From Callorhinchus milii (lineage: Eukaryota): a DNA stretch of 64,000 nt. This document shows positions 1 to 11,900 of the stretch, in pieces. The translations under genes and the position numbers were made by a program. How positions within the stretch are numbered: position 1 is the first letter of the stretch; each line of letters starts with the position of its first letter. The stretch spans positions 124,001-188,000 of the forward strand of contig NW_024704742.1 of assembly GCF_018977255.1 (NCBI RefSeq), given 5' to 3'. Below the pieces are notes generated by a model. That model ran no database searches. It had not been told where the DNA came from and saw nothing but the letters and a program-made list of their open reading frames with translations.

Positions 1-1092
1 CTGAAATGCTGTACGCTGTCCAGCGCCCTGAGACGTCCTCCCAGCGCGAAAGACGCTATACAAATGTAATTTGTTGTTGTTGTTGTTGTTGTTGTAAGGA
101 AACTTGCCTTACATTTCGCCCTGTCCTGGAATCAAACCCAGGTCCTCTCGCTTGGGAGGCGAGTGCTCTAACCAATATGCTGCAGAACTCCACAGACTGA
201 TTGCAAAAAAGTATTTGTACTCCGCTAACTCTGAATGCCAATCCAAGATGATTACTGAATTAATTTTGAAATATCCTTGATCATTTGTGTCAAAGTCTTG
301 AAAATAGTCAATAATTATCTACTAAAATAGTTTTGTGAAAATCACCTGAAATCTGATCCAAGATCTTGCATTTTTTATCCCATTGTTTCAAACTGTAACC
401 AGTTTGCAAATGAAGACTAAATTTAAGATTTTTCCATAATTCTGTATGACCTTAAATTTTAAGACAAAACAGTCTTACAGGGTGAAACTTGTTGGGCCAG
501 TTTGAAGTTAAATGTAAAAAAAAAGTCTGATGAAATGGTGACAATAGTATTTGCTCATCACGTGAACATTGGAAACTGAGTAGCCCAGGGGAAACTGGTG
601 ATTAGCATAAGGGTTTCATTTTTAATACAAAATTTAAATTTACAGGAACTCTCCACTTGAAACTAAGACACCGCGCAAAGGTGACTGGATTCATAGAAGG
701 CTTTTTTAGAATAAATGCTATGTAGGTATTAAGTTTCACTTCCTCAATGTAATTGAGGCAGTCAAGAAAAGAAGCCCTATTGCAAATAACCAGCAGCTCA
801 AAGCCGGGGCTAAAATACCCATTTCAGTAAATATTAAATTTCCAACATCACAATCTGTGGGTGGGTTGAATACTGAAAAGCATGTTTCTTGGAAGTTGTG
901 CTTTTTTGTAAGGTTACATATAATTCCACAGACTGTACAGTGTCAAAATAAGTCAAAGTCTCCCTATGCACTTCACATACATCCCTATGCAATCCTCTTC
1001 TACCTTGTGTACAGATTAGTTCAGATGGGTTGGGTAATGTTGCTCATTATTCGGTGAAAATTCCCAAATGTCACAGTGTCTGAAATGAAAGA

Positions 1093-1480
1093 ATAATAAT
1101 AATCCTTGGATTTTATACAGCGCCTTATTACATCTTCAAGACGTCTCAAAGCGCTTCACAGAATATACTGTAAAGTGAATTGACTGTATATTTTGTGGGT
1201 GAAACATGACAGCCAATTGCATACAGCAGCGTCCCACAAATAGTCGTGGATTGAAGTGACCGATTTATTATTACAGTATTATATTTTTTTGAAGGAATTA
1301 TTACCCCTGAAAAAGCAATCTGCCAATCAACTAACAACTGGGTTCCTACTTACTGCTAGGTAAACAGAGGCGTGTGGAGTAAGGAAACTTGCCCAACGTT
1401 TCACCCTGCTGGGAGTCTAACCCAGGTCCTCTCGCTTGCAAGGCGAGTGCTCTAACCAGTAAGCTACAGGATCTCACAAT
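1093..1480 (-). mobile_element. tRNA-derived SINE (Deu-like body, L2-type tail)
   Basis: Reverse complement of the head GAGTCCTGTAGCTCAGTGGTTAGAGC...GGTTCGATTCCC (A/B boxes), the body GCTGTGCGCAATTGGCTGCC and the tail GCGCTATATCAAATGCAAGG(ATT)n. Confidence 0.9.
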
Positions 1481-2151
1481 AAATTCAGGCTTCGATGTGA
1501 TTATTCATCTCGGATCACACACAGCGTTTACTCATCAGCCCAGTGTGAATTTCTATTTCAGATCTCCATTAGTGCAAATGTTATTTTTGAATCTTAATGC
1601 CCAGTTTATTTCATTAGCATTTTTTGATACCTTCCCTTGTGTCATTTTCAATGTTAATACTGGCAGAGCTGATTGAATGTAGTTAATTGGTATGATTTGT
1701 TGGTGCGTGCTACGTTCTGCAGTGAAAAGGTACTCTGTGAACCACATGATAACAACTGGACTGTCGCCACACTATTGTGACAAAGTCTTGGGAGTGGGGG
1801 AGTAGCCTAGTACCTGACAAGTGCTTACATGTATCCAAACCAGATTGAGCTCCACATATATATGCATTCTACACATGGAAATTTCCCTGTGAAGGTACAT
1901 AATATTCAGGAAGATTTGGGCAGGATAGATTTTGAAGTAGATGAAAGTAATGCAATGATTGTCAGAACATGGAATAGTAAAACATAAAGGGTTGCCCATT
2001 TTGAAAAGTGAAGGGGAAATTGATTTGGGAGTGACTCTTTGAAGATTTCCAGTGTGAAGCTGCCTTGAAAAAAGTTAACCAAATATTATTAACTGAAATT
2101 GTGTGATTCGCTATAATAATATAGCTTTCATATAGTCTCTTTCCCATTAAA

Positions 2152-2470
2152 AATAATAATAATCCTTGCATTTGATATAGCGCTTTTCACATCTTCTCGA
2201 CATCTCAAAGCACTTCACAGAATATGCTGTAAAGTGAATTGATGGTATATTTGTAGGCGAAACGCGGCAGCCAATTGCGCACAGCAGGGTTCCACAAACA
2301 GATGTGGATTGAAAATGACCAATTTATCATTGTTTTGTTTTTGGAGGGATTATTATTAGGCTGCGTGTGGAGTAAGGAAACTTGCCCAAGGTTTCGCCCT
2401 GCTGGGAATCGAACCCAGGTGTCTTGCTTACAAGGCGAGTGCTCTAACCACTGAGCTACAGGACTCCAAG
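2152..2470 (-). mobile_element. tRNA-derived SINE, full length
   Basis: Same family, with intact head, body and (ATT)n tail. Confidence 0.9.
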
Positions 2471-2511
2471 TTGGGAGGACATCTCAAAGTGTTCACAGAA
2501 TCTACTATAAA

Positions 2512-2920
2512 GTGTGGAGTCCTGTAGCTCAGTGGTTAGACACTCACCTGGCACGCAAGAGGCCTGGGATTGATTCCCAGGCAGGGAAAACATTGGACAA
2601 GTTTCCATGCTCCACACACACGCGCGCGCGCCTCTGTTTACTAGCAATCAGTAGGAACCCGGTTGTTAGTCGATTGCCGGATCACTTTTCCGGGAGTAAT
2701 AATTCCTATAATAATAATAAATTCATCACTCAATCCATGACTTTTTGTGGGACACTGCTGTGTGCAATTAGCTGCCACGTTTTGCCCACAAAAAGGACAG
2801 TCAATTTACTTTACTGTATATTCTGCGAACTGAGCTACAGGACTCAACACTTTGAGACATTTCGAGGATGTGATAAGATGCTATATGAAATCCAAGGATT
2901 ATTATTATTGTTATTATTAT
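2512..2920 (+). mobile_element. tRNA-derived SINE, full length (long variant)
   Basis: GTGGAGTCCTGTAGCTCAGTGGTTAG head through to the (ATT)n tail. Confidence 0.9.
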
Positions 2921-5900
2921 ACCTCACTGATTCTAGTTTGAAGGCAATTTGCACAAAGCAATGTCCCACAAACAGCCATTAAACGAATGACCAATTTTAT
3001 CTGGAGGATTGTTGTGCAGGACATGGGGAGAAACTCCATTCCTTGTTCACAGGATCTTTGATATCCAACTGAACAGGAAGAGAGGACCTTGGTTTACCAT
3101 CTCATCCATTCATCCAAAGGACGGCACCTCTGATATTGCAACACACCTTCAGCAATGGATTGTCGGGCTAGACTATAAGAGTTCCAAGGCCCCATGTGGG
3201 ACTTGAACCTGCAACCTTCTGACTCAGAAACGAAAGTACTTCCAACTGACTCAGGCTGATAGACTATCAAATAATTAAAAGAGAATTACAATCTCAAATG
3301 CTGGTTAACGCCATTTTGCTGTCAGAATTTTGCTTGCCAATGTTTCGTTCGACTTTTTGGCGCCTTTCTCCAGCAGAAAAAAGCAACAAAAGCGAAAACA
3401 CCAGCTGCCATCGTAAACCACAAGGTGCATCGATGTCTGAGCTTATTAAGGTACGAAATAGTAGGTTCTAAACTGCATATATCCTTTCTATTTTCTCTAC
3501 AAAATTTAATTTTGCATGTTACTTTGCATCTGCACTCCAGTGTAACCAAAATTAGATAATGTGCTTTCAGGGAACTGACAGAAAATAGAGGTCAGAATGC
3601 TGTACTACCTTTTTAATGATGTAATCAGGGTGGTCCAACCTTTTGGCTGTAGAGAGCAGTATTTTTGAGAAATGTACGCAGCCCACATAAGCAATATTTT
3701 TGTATTTCCCTTACAGAACCATAACCTCGAAGAATCATATAGAAGTTCTATGTTCTAAATTGAGTAACTACTACTTAATTTCACTGTGTTTCAGTTGCAA
3801 TGCAACTTTAAATAGGCAATGCAAAAATTCATACAAATTATAAAAGAATAATATATTTTTAACAATATGCATGAATAATCAATCTTCGTAACCATGCAAC
3901 ACTTCTCTCAGGAATTTTCAAATTTATTTCTTGAGCACTACAGTACGCAATGAAGCACCTCAATGGCAGTTAAACACTTTCTTGAATAGGTACAATACAA
4001 TATAAAATTCCATTTGTTTAGTGCATTTCACATCGGGAGGACTTCTCAAGACGCTGGACAGTCAGGGATTTGGACCCAAGCGGGGGTGGGGAGGTGGGGT
4101 TGATGGATACCTATCAATTCAAGCTAAACCTTAAATCAAGGGCCCTTAAGACTTGTCTTTCGTTGAAATTACCGTTCAGCCTGCCACATACATGGGCTCT
4201 CACTGGGCCTGGAAAGAAGACTAGCACCATCTCTGCTCCCCATTGTAGACTGGAGTTTTCTCCATAGACGGGCTTAAGACCCCACAGTCTATGGGGAAAA
4301 CCGCTAGACTTGACAGGTATGAAGAACATTTGGCAGACCAGCTGAAATCATCCCACCGGGCTGGATAAATTCCTTCCAAAAAAAAAAATTCGGTCAGTCA
4401 ATCCACAATGTTTGCGGGACACTTCTGTGTGAAATTGGCTGCCACGTTTCACCCACAAAATATACAATCAATTCACTTCACTTTGAAGCTCTTTGAGACA
4501 TCCCGAAGACGTGATAAGACCCTATATCAAATGCAAAGATTATTATTATTTACAGCCCCCAGGCCCCAGTTGATATGATTTGGGAAAATATGGGGAAACT
4601 GCATTTGTTACATCTTTCCATCTCACCTAAATACCTACTCCTTCAACCCTATTTTGCACCACTTCCCTTTCTCTTACTCCCTTGCTTGGCTTCCAACACT
4701 GTCTCTGTGAATTGCTCCAAGGTAATGGTAGCTGAGGCCACAGATATGCCTGAAAACAATCCTTTTCTCATGATTATTCTGCCTTTATTCAGATAGCAGA
4801 GATCATACACAAATTGGGATGGCGCTTCAAAAAATGCAACAAGCCCCTTGCTCTCCACTAGAGTGTCAGCCTAAACTGTGGACTCAAAATCCTAACGTGG
4901 GGTTTGAAGCCACATCCTTCTTATTCTGAGGCAAGAGTGCTACCAAATGAGCCAGGGTAACATCATTTTGGTTAGCCAAGCGGAAAGAATATTTAGAACA
5001 AAGTTCAATTAAAATCGGTGTAAAACAAAAATGGAATGAGAAATGTAAGAAACACATCCCGTCCACAATAAATCATTACGTTTATTGCTTGTTCAGTGTC
5101 ACTGATCCCACATTAATCGGTATGTGTGAATCACATAAAGATTTAACTGTGTATGAATGGAGATTCTCCTGCCCCAGGCTCCACAAGCCTATCACACCCA
5201 TCCTCACTTGACTACCTTGTTTCTCCATCCCCCAGCAAATGTTCTTAAGTGCTGTGCTGCTTCCTATTCAGGGCGCCTATACATGGCGAAAAGTGGGCAA
5301 GTTTCTTTAACCCACCCACACGCCTCTGTTTATCAGCAGTAAGTAGGAACCTGGTTGTTAGTCGATTGGCAGATCGCTTTTCCGCGGGTAATAATCCCTT
5401 AAAAAAAAATTTGGTCACTCAATCCATGACTGTTTGTGGGACCCTGCTGTGCGCAATTAAGCTGCAGAGTTTCGCCCACAAAATATACAGTCAATTCAGC
5501 TTATTGTATATGTGAAGCTCTTTGGGATGACTTGAAGGCATGATAAGGCATTGTATCAAATGTAAGGATCAAATGTAAGGATCATTCCCTACTCCGACTG
5601 CTGCTATTGGTATGAGGCACCTAATGGCAGCAAAAAATATTGTGCAATCATCAGATTTCCTGCAGTTTCATATTTAAAATTTTGTAAACTATAAAAGGAA
5701 TATAACCTTTCACAACTGTTAGCCTTCATATACCATATGCCTCCTAACCACAACACTTTCTCAATATATCAGACATTCTGCTCTGATCATGCTTCACATG
5801 CCATTAGTGAGGTAAGATATGCGGCTGAAAGAAGTAGAAGGATACCTTCTCCCTTCAGAAATTTTCCAGCCAGGAAGACATTTAAATGCCTTTTTTTTGT

Positions 5901-6795
5901 CAATTTGGGAAAACATAGCTCATACAACAACAACAAATTGCATTTACATAATGCACGGAGGATGTCCCAAGGTGCTGGACAGTCAAGGGTTTGTATCTGA
6001 CTTGTGGGCTGGAGTCAAAAGGGTGTTGGTGGGAAGGTGACCAAAGGCACGGTCGAAGAGGAAGGTCTTGATAAAACATACTCAGGTAACATTTAGCTCA
6101 ATATCTTGAATGTGAACTTTGGAGGTGTCACTCTCAACTCTCACCTCTTTTCTCCAGGAATAGGCAATAACCACATGAGATTATGGTGCTGTATCCATTC
6201 CCTACGTCCACTATGGAAATCCACAAATCCACCGTGAATGTGAGTCTTTGACTGTAATCTAGCAGACAATCTTCCGCAGGAAACCTTCATTTGGTTTAAG
6301 TGACATCACTGGGGATCCCAGTCCTAGGCACAGCAGAGGATACAACACTAATTTGTTGTGGTGACAGTTAGTTAAATTGCCACATGAACAGCAAATGAGT
6401 AGATTTCAAGACCCTTATCTTCGATCGTGCCTTTGGTCGCCCTCCCACCTCTCTGCCTTCCCTCACCCCTACCCCACCCCTCCCCCATGCTCGGGTCCTG
6501 ACCCCTGACTGTCCAGCACCTTCGGACGTCCTCCCGATGTGAATGGCGCTCTATAAATGTAATTTGTTGTTGTTGTTCTAAGGTGTCCCAGGACACTCAT
6601 ACATATCCATGGCAATAATATGTTACACATTTGGTCAAAATAACTTTGATTACGATTCCTGTAGGTCTTTCAAACTAGCAAGGTTGGATGAGATCCATAA
6701 GCCTTCAACAATGTTGATTTCATTACCAGAAATTTCCATATTTTAAACACACAAGTAAAAGCCATCAAAGCATATTGCTCTGTCATTTCTAAGGA

Positions 6796-6917
6796 ATTAT
6801 GCAAATATTTGCATAATCAGGACTCCAATTGGCTCTTGGGAAATTCCAGCCCCAATTCTTGACATAACTAATCTTCAAGTGGTAGGACCAGAATACGTCA
6901 GCCTAAAGATTGAGTCA
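6796..6917. promoter_or_regulatory. Putative inflammatory enhancer about 2 kb upstream of chemokine A
   Basis: Palindrome ATTATGCAAATATTTGCATAAT with two octamers (6796-6817), NF-kB GGGAAATTCC (6838-6847) and AP-1 TGAGTCA (6911-6917). Confidence 0.45.
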
Positions 6918-8361
6918 TGATGAATGGGCCACCAAAATTAGTTATTATACTATCAGAGCAATATGCCAGAAAAAAACAGATGCTAGGTTTGTTCAAAGGC
7001 ACAACAACAATTTCAATGTCCAGCTTTGATGTTAATTAACTGCAAAAATAACTCTTGCCAGCTGGTTTTCACTTCCACAATTGGACTTGGCCCCTAAGAA
7101 ACTGCCCTAAATGAACTGTGATCATTGTCATACATTGCAGGCTAACTTATTTGTGAAAACACACAACACCAGCTTCAGGACAGACACTATCAGTCTACTG
7201 AAACCTAACTATGTACAATTTGCACCATATCGCCCCATCCCAAAAGTTATTAATAATAATCCTCGCATCGTAACTGATACAGCGCCTCATCACGTCATCG
7301 AGATGTCTCAAAGCGTTTCACAGAATATCCTGTAAAGTGGATTGATTGTGTATTTTGTGAATGAATCGCAGAAGCCAATTGCGCACAGCAGCGTCCCACA
7401 AACAGCCATGGAGAGAGTGACACATTTTTATATAAGGGAATGTTGGCCAGGACACTGGGAGAAACTCCCTTCTCTTTTCATCACAATAATCAGGAGCAAA
7501 TAGGCTTGGACCGATCGGCGTAATGCCAAGCAAATCAATTGATCCACTGTGGTGGATCCAACCATGATATGGTGAACCACAGAGAGCTGTGTGGCTGTAA
7601 AAGTGAGATTAAATATTATGCTCAAGCTTTCATAATTAACTATTTTTAGTTTTCTCGCCCACGCTTAAGTTCATAATGTGTAATGAAAAAACAATTAAAG
7701 AAAAAAATTATCATTTCATTTAATATAGTGCCTTTCAGGTCAGGAGGATGTCCCAAACAAAATTTGTTGCACAGGGTAGAGTCTGTGATTTTTTTATAAC
7801 ATTTTTGGAGGGATTAGTGCCCCCGGAAAGTAATCCGTAAAAGTTAACGAATCGATTAACAACCAGTTCCTACTTACTGCATATTTACTGCTAGGTAAAC
7901 TGAGGTGTGTGAAATAAGGAAACCAGTTCCCTCGCTTGAGAGACGAGTGCTCGAGAAAGAAGAGGAGGAAGAAGAGAAAAACAGTCTCAACCGTGGCCAC
8001 CTGGACCCAAATGTCTTCATTGTGTCCTTGGCCTGGAGAGGTGGCAAGGGTAAATGATGATATTCCCATAACATCATAACACAACATCATAACATAACAT
8101 CATAACACTGCACTTGTGCTATTTCACTGTCTTCCTACTGCTCTTTGGGAAGAGGGGTTGGTAGCTTCATAGGTAAGGAGTTAGGAGGATCTGCTACTCA
8201 TCCGACATATGGCTTTTCTGTGACAGATACTGGCGAGGAGCGCATGATCGTTTGCAGCTTTATAAGGCTGGGTGGATGTCATGAATGGAAAGATATTATG
8301 TGACAGATCATCAATGTAGGATTGGATGATTTAGGTGAGCTCTGTCAATAGGACGCATGGC

Positions 8362-8572
8362 CAATGGTGGATTAACAAGGGCGCCAATGGTGCTGAGGCA
8401 CCAGGTCCTCACCTTGGAGGACGTGATTCTGGCTATATGGAAAATCAGGAAATTTCCTAAGGCCTCCGAGATTGTCTGCCGATCCCCCCTGTGATTGACT
8501 GTTACGCCCCCCACACATACACACAAAAATTGACCCCCTATTTTACGATTTCAGAGAGCCAATTCGCCACTG
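8362..8572. mobile_element. Putative hAT-like MITE remnant
   Basis: Imperfect terminal inverted repeats CAATGGTGGATT...AATTCGCCACTG resemble the CAGTGGCGGATT-type hAT termini. No clean 8-bp TSD. Confidence 0.45.
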
Positions 8573-8715
8573 GGCACCATTGCTTATAAATATAAGCACA
8601 AAATGTCAATCTGGCCCTGGACACAGAACACTTGTTATGTCACCATTGTTTTCTCCTGTTCCGTTCTGAGGTAATACTTCAACCACAGGCATTGCATTCG
8701 TTTCTCAGATTTATT

Positions 8716-8791
8716 GGGAAACCTCTGGCTCCAACAGCACAAAGCAATCTTTGTTTCGTAATCTTCATGCTTATCAGAGTTGGTCATAAAA
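8716..8791 (+). promoter_or_regulatory. Putative proximal promoter of chemokine A
   Basis: kB-like GGGAAACCTC (8716-8725), C/EBP-like TTTCGTAAT (8754-8762) and TATA variant CATAAAA (8785-8791) sit immediately upstream of exon 1. Confidence 0.5.
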
Positions 8792-8848
8792 GGGTGACCT
8801 GCAGGCAATCGCAGCAGCAAAGAGCTGGAAGTCAAGCCAAGAACAAGA

Positions 8849-8927
8849 ATGAGGTGCAGAATTCTTGTGGTCCTCATGCTGCTTGGATTTTGTGCACCTT
8901 TCTGTAAAGCCAGGAGAACATCTCTTT
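8849..8927 (+). CDS. Chemokine A exon 1 (signal peptide)
   Basis: ATG AGG TGC AGA ATT CTT GTG GTC CTC ATG CTG CTT GGA TTT TGT gives a hydrophobic signal. Phase-1 donor T|gtatgt. CATAAAA lies about 60 nt upstream. Confidence 0.75.
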
Positions 8928-11900
8928 GTATGTAATATTTTAATATCTCGGCAATTTTCTCATTCTCTGCCTTGTGTGGAATACATTCCTGTACTTTACC
9001 ACTTTCTGTTCTTTGCATGTGAAAGGTTTACCTGTATTTGTCATTCCCTCTCTTCATTATTTGATAAACTAAATTTGATTACTTCATACAAATAAATTGT
9101 TTATTTTCTATACAGTCAAACCTGTCTCAAACAACCTGGGCCAAAGTGGGCCACCAAGTAAGGGTTTGTTGGTGTGTGAACCAGGCTGTCCAGGGTGTTC
9201 CAGGGTGACTGTTAACAGGGGGTGGTTGCTGAATGGAAGTAGTTACTTGACTATATTTAAAAATTAAAGTGCGAGAAATGTTAATACAGACAGTGTTAAA
9301 CTTTTATGTTTGAGCGAGTGAGTGACTTCTAATTAATGGCAGTATTCTTTCATGTATTAATACCTTTACATTTGATATTATTTATCGGGATTGTCAATTA
9401 ATATTCTTCTCAAAGTAAACCATCTGCTAATTTTGTAAAGTAAATATTTAAAATCTGTCCACTGGGTCAATGACTGTAAAAGTTTGAATGAGTAAAAACT
9501 CAGCAAACTTTGCATATAAATATGGATATTTGAACTTTATACCCTAGAAATTCCCTTTACAGTTCGAATAGTACCTTAAAATCTTGAATGTCCATCTGAA
9601 CAGGCAGGTAGGTCTCATCCAAAGGTTAGTACCTCCAACAATGCAGTGCATCTTCAGCACCACATTGGAGTACTAGCACCAATGACTATATGAGTTCCAA
9701 CTCCCATTACAATTTACAATCTATACCAATAAAACGTCAATCTGTCTGTCTGTGTGCGCTTCAAGAAGGATCTCATAAATGATTGACGTATAGACATGAC
9801 TTATACCTCATCGGAAAGGTCTTGTAATGGGAGCGACATGGGCATATTTGTTTTCAAGTATCTCCTATTGTTCATGAGTTATAACCTAAATTGTATTTCA
9901 GTTTTGCATTTTTTTGCTGCAGTCACACCTGGTGGCCATGCCAGTTGCCCTAGGCAGTGTGGCATCGTGCATCACAGAGTAGCCAAGTAGCGATGGGAAC
10001 AAAATAAAGAACACAGATAAAGCTAGGCCACAGCAACAACAACAAAATTACATTTTTAAAACACCTTTCATGTTGGGAGGAAGTCTCATTATAAATTATA
10101 CAGTTATATTTATCATTATAAAGATGCTTAAGCAAAAATTAAACCTTTCAAGGATAAGCAAGTATGTCTGTCTGTGTGTCTGTCTGTGTGTCAATCTACA
10201 TTCCATGTTGCATCCTTTGGTTGCAAGCAAAGCTGCAACAGGTACAGCTAATATAGTATATTTCATATTGGGAGGATATCCCAAAGTGCTTACAAAGCTG
10301 GCTGGACACCTGAGCTAGGGGTGGAACTGTAGGGGGATGGAGAGCAGAAAGATGACCAAAAGCACGGTCAAGGAGGTAAATCTTGAGACCAGCCTTGAAA
10401 GAGTGGGGAGGGAGCTCCAGAGAACGGGGGCAGATGGCTGAAAGCCTACGCGCTTATGGTGCGGTAGATAGGGAAGGAGTCATGGAGCAAGTCATTGTTC
10501 GCTGAGCAAAAGGAGTGGCAGTTTGAAAGAAGTCATGGAAGTCAGTGGGACAAGACAACAGAGGGATTTGAAGATCACAATGAAAATCTTGAACTCAGTC
10601 CACTGGGGGATAGGGAGATAATTCCCTTTTAGAATAGCGAGACAGTGAAACAGGTGAGCCAACTAGTGGAAGTAGCTTCTTCCTGGTTAATTATCAAAAC
10701 TGTTAAAACCCTGTTAATAGGAACCTAGAAATCTACAGCGCAGAAGGGCCATTCAGCCCATTGAGTCTGCATCAGCTCTAAGAGTAAAATCATCTCAATC
10801 CCACCACTCTACATTATCCCTGTACCACTTCAAGCTAATCTCATTCATACGCCTGTATACTAGGAACTCCCCCTAAGAGCGTTAGCCCCAGCGCCTTGGG
10901 ACCTTCTCCTGACATGAAAGGCTCTATACAAATGTAATTTTGTATTGTATTAACATCTTTCCTGAAATGACTTGCTCAAACCTGGTTGCAGTACATAGTT
11001 GTGACCGAACCAATGATTTATACAAACGTAGTATTGTTGCTTTACTTTTGTACTCTATGCCCCTGTGTATTCTACCAGCAGGCTGTCTTTACACTCATTG
11101 TCATTTGCATAGTCACTTTCAATGACCTATGCATTTGCACTCCCAAATTCCTTTACTCCTCACTTCTTGGAAGATACTGTACTGCCTTTCAATATATTAC
11201 TCCCTCCTCTCATTTTTTTCTACCAAAATTCAATCCTAGTATTGTAGCATATCGGTTATAACGCTCGCCTCATAAGCCAGAGGACCTGGGTTTGATTCCC
11301 AGGCAGGGCAAAACGTTAGGCAAGTTTCCTTACTCCATGCGCCTCTGTTTATCTAGCAGTAAATGGGAACCCGGTTGTTATTTGATTGGTGGATGCATTT
11401 TCCAGGGGTAATAATCACTTCAAAAAAAAATCAAAAATAATAATTTGGTCACTCAATCTACGACTGTTAGTGTGGGGCACTGCGGTGCATAATTGGCTGC
11501 CTCATTTTACCCACAAAATATACAGTCAATGCACTTACAGTATATTCAGTGAAGCGCTTTGAGACATCTTGAAGACATGATAAGGCGATGTGTCAAATGC
11601 AGGATTATTATTATTACTAATCCTCATATCAAACCTAATGATGTTATGGTCGCATTTTGCTAAATGTTCTGCTACTCTTAGCATTAGTACTTACTGGTCC
11701 CATTTTACTTCCCGATAGTCCACAACAACTGCTGAACTCAGTCTGCTCTACTCGTGAACAAAATAAATTATTTTGAGATTGTGCTACTTGCCTCTAAAAT
11801 TGGAATAATCCCTTTATCCACTGTAATTTGTAGCTTCATATTCCGAAGGAAAAATGAAAACGTACCTACGTTGCCGATGTATCAAAACTCAGTCAACATT

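Noticed and set aside
2512..2585. tRNA-like sequences (here and at other SINE heads)
   Set aside because: Each continues into the SINE body and tail and the copies are diverged. They are SINE heads, not tRNA genes.
8635..8877. Minus-strand [30 protein letters not shown]... that looks like a secreted peptide precursor
   Set aside because: It lies antisense to the promoter and signal-peptide exon 1 of chemokine A, which better explains the sequence. It has no recognisable family. Stranded RNA-seq would settle it.
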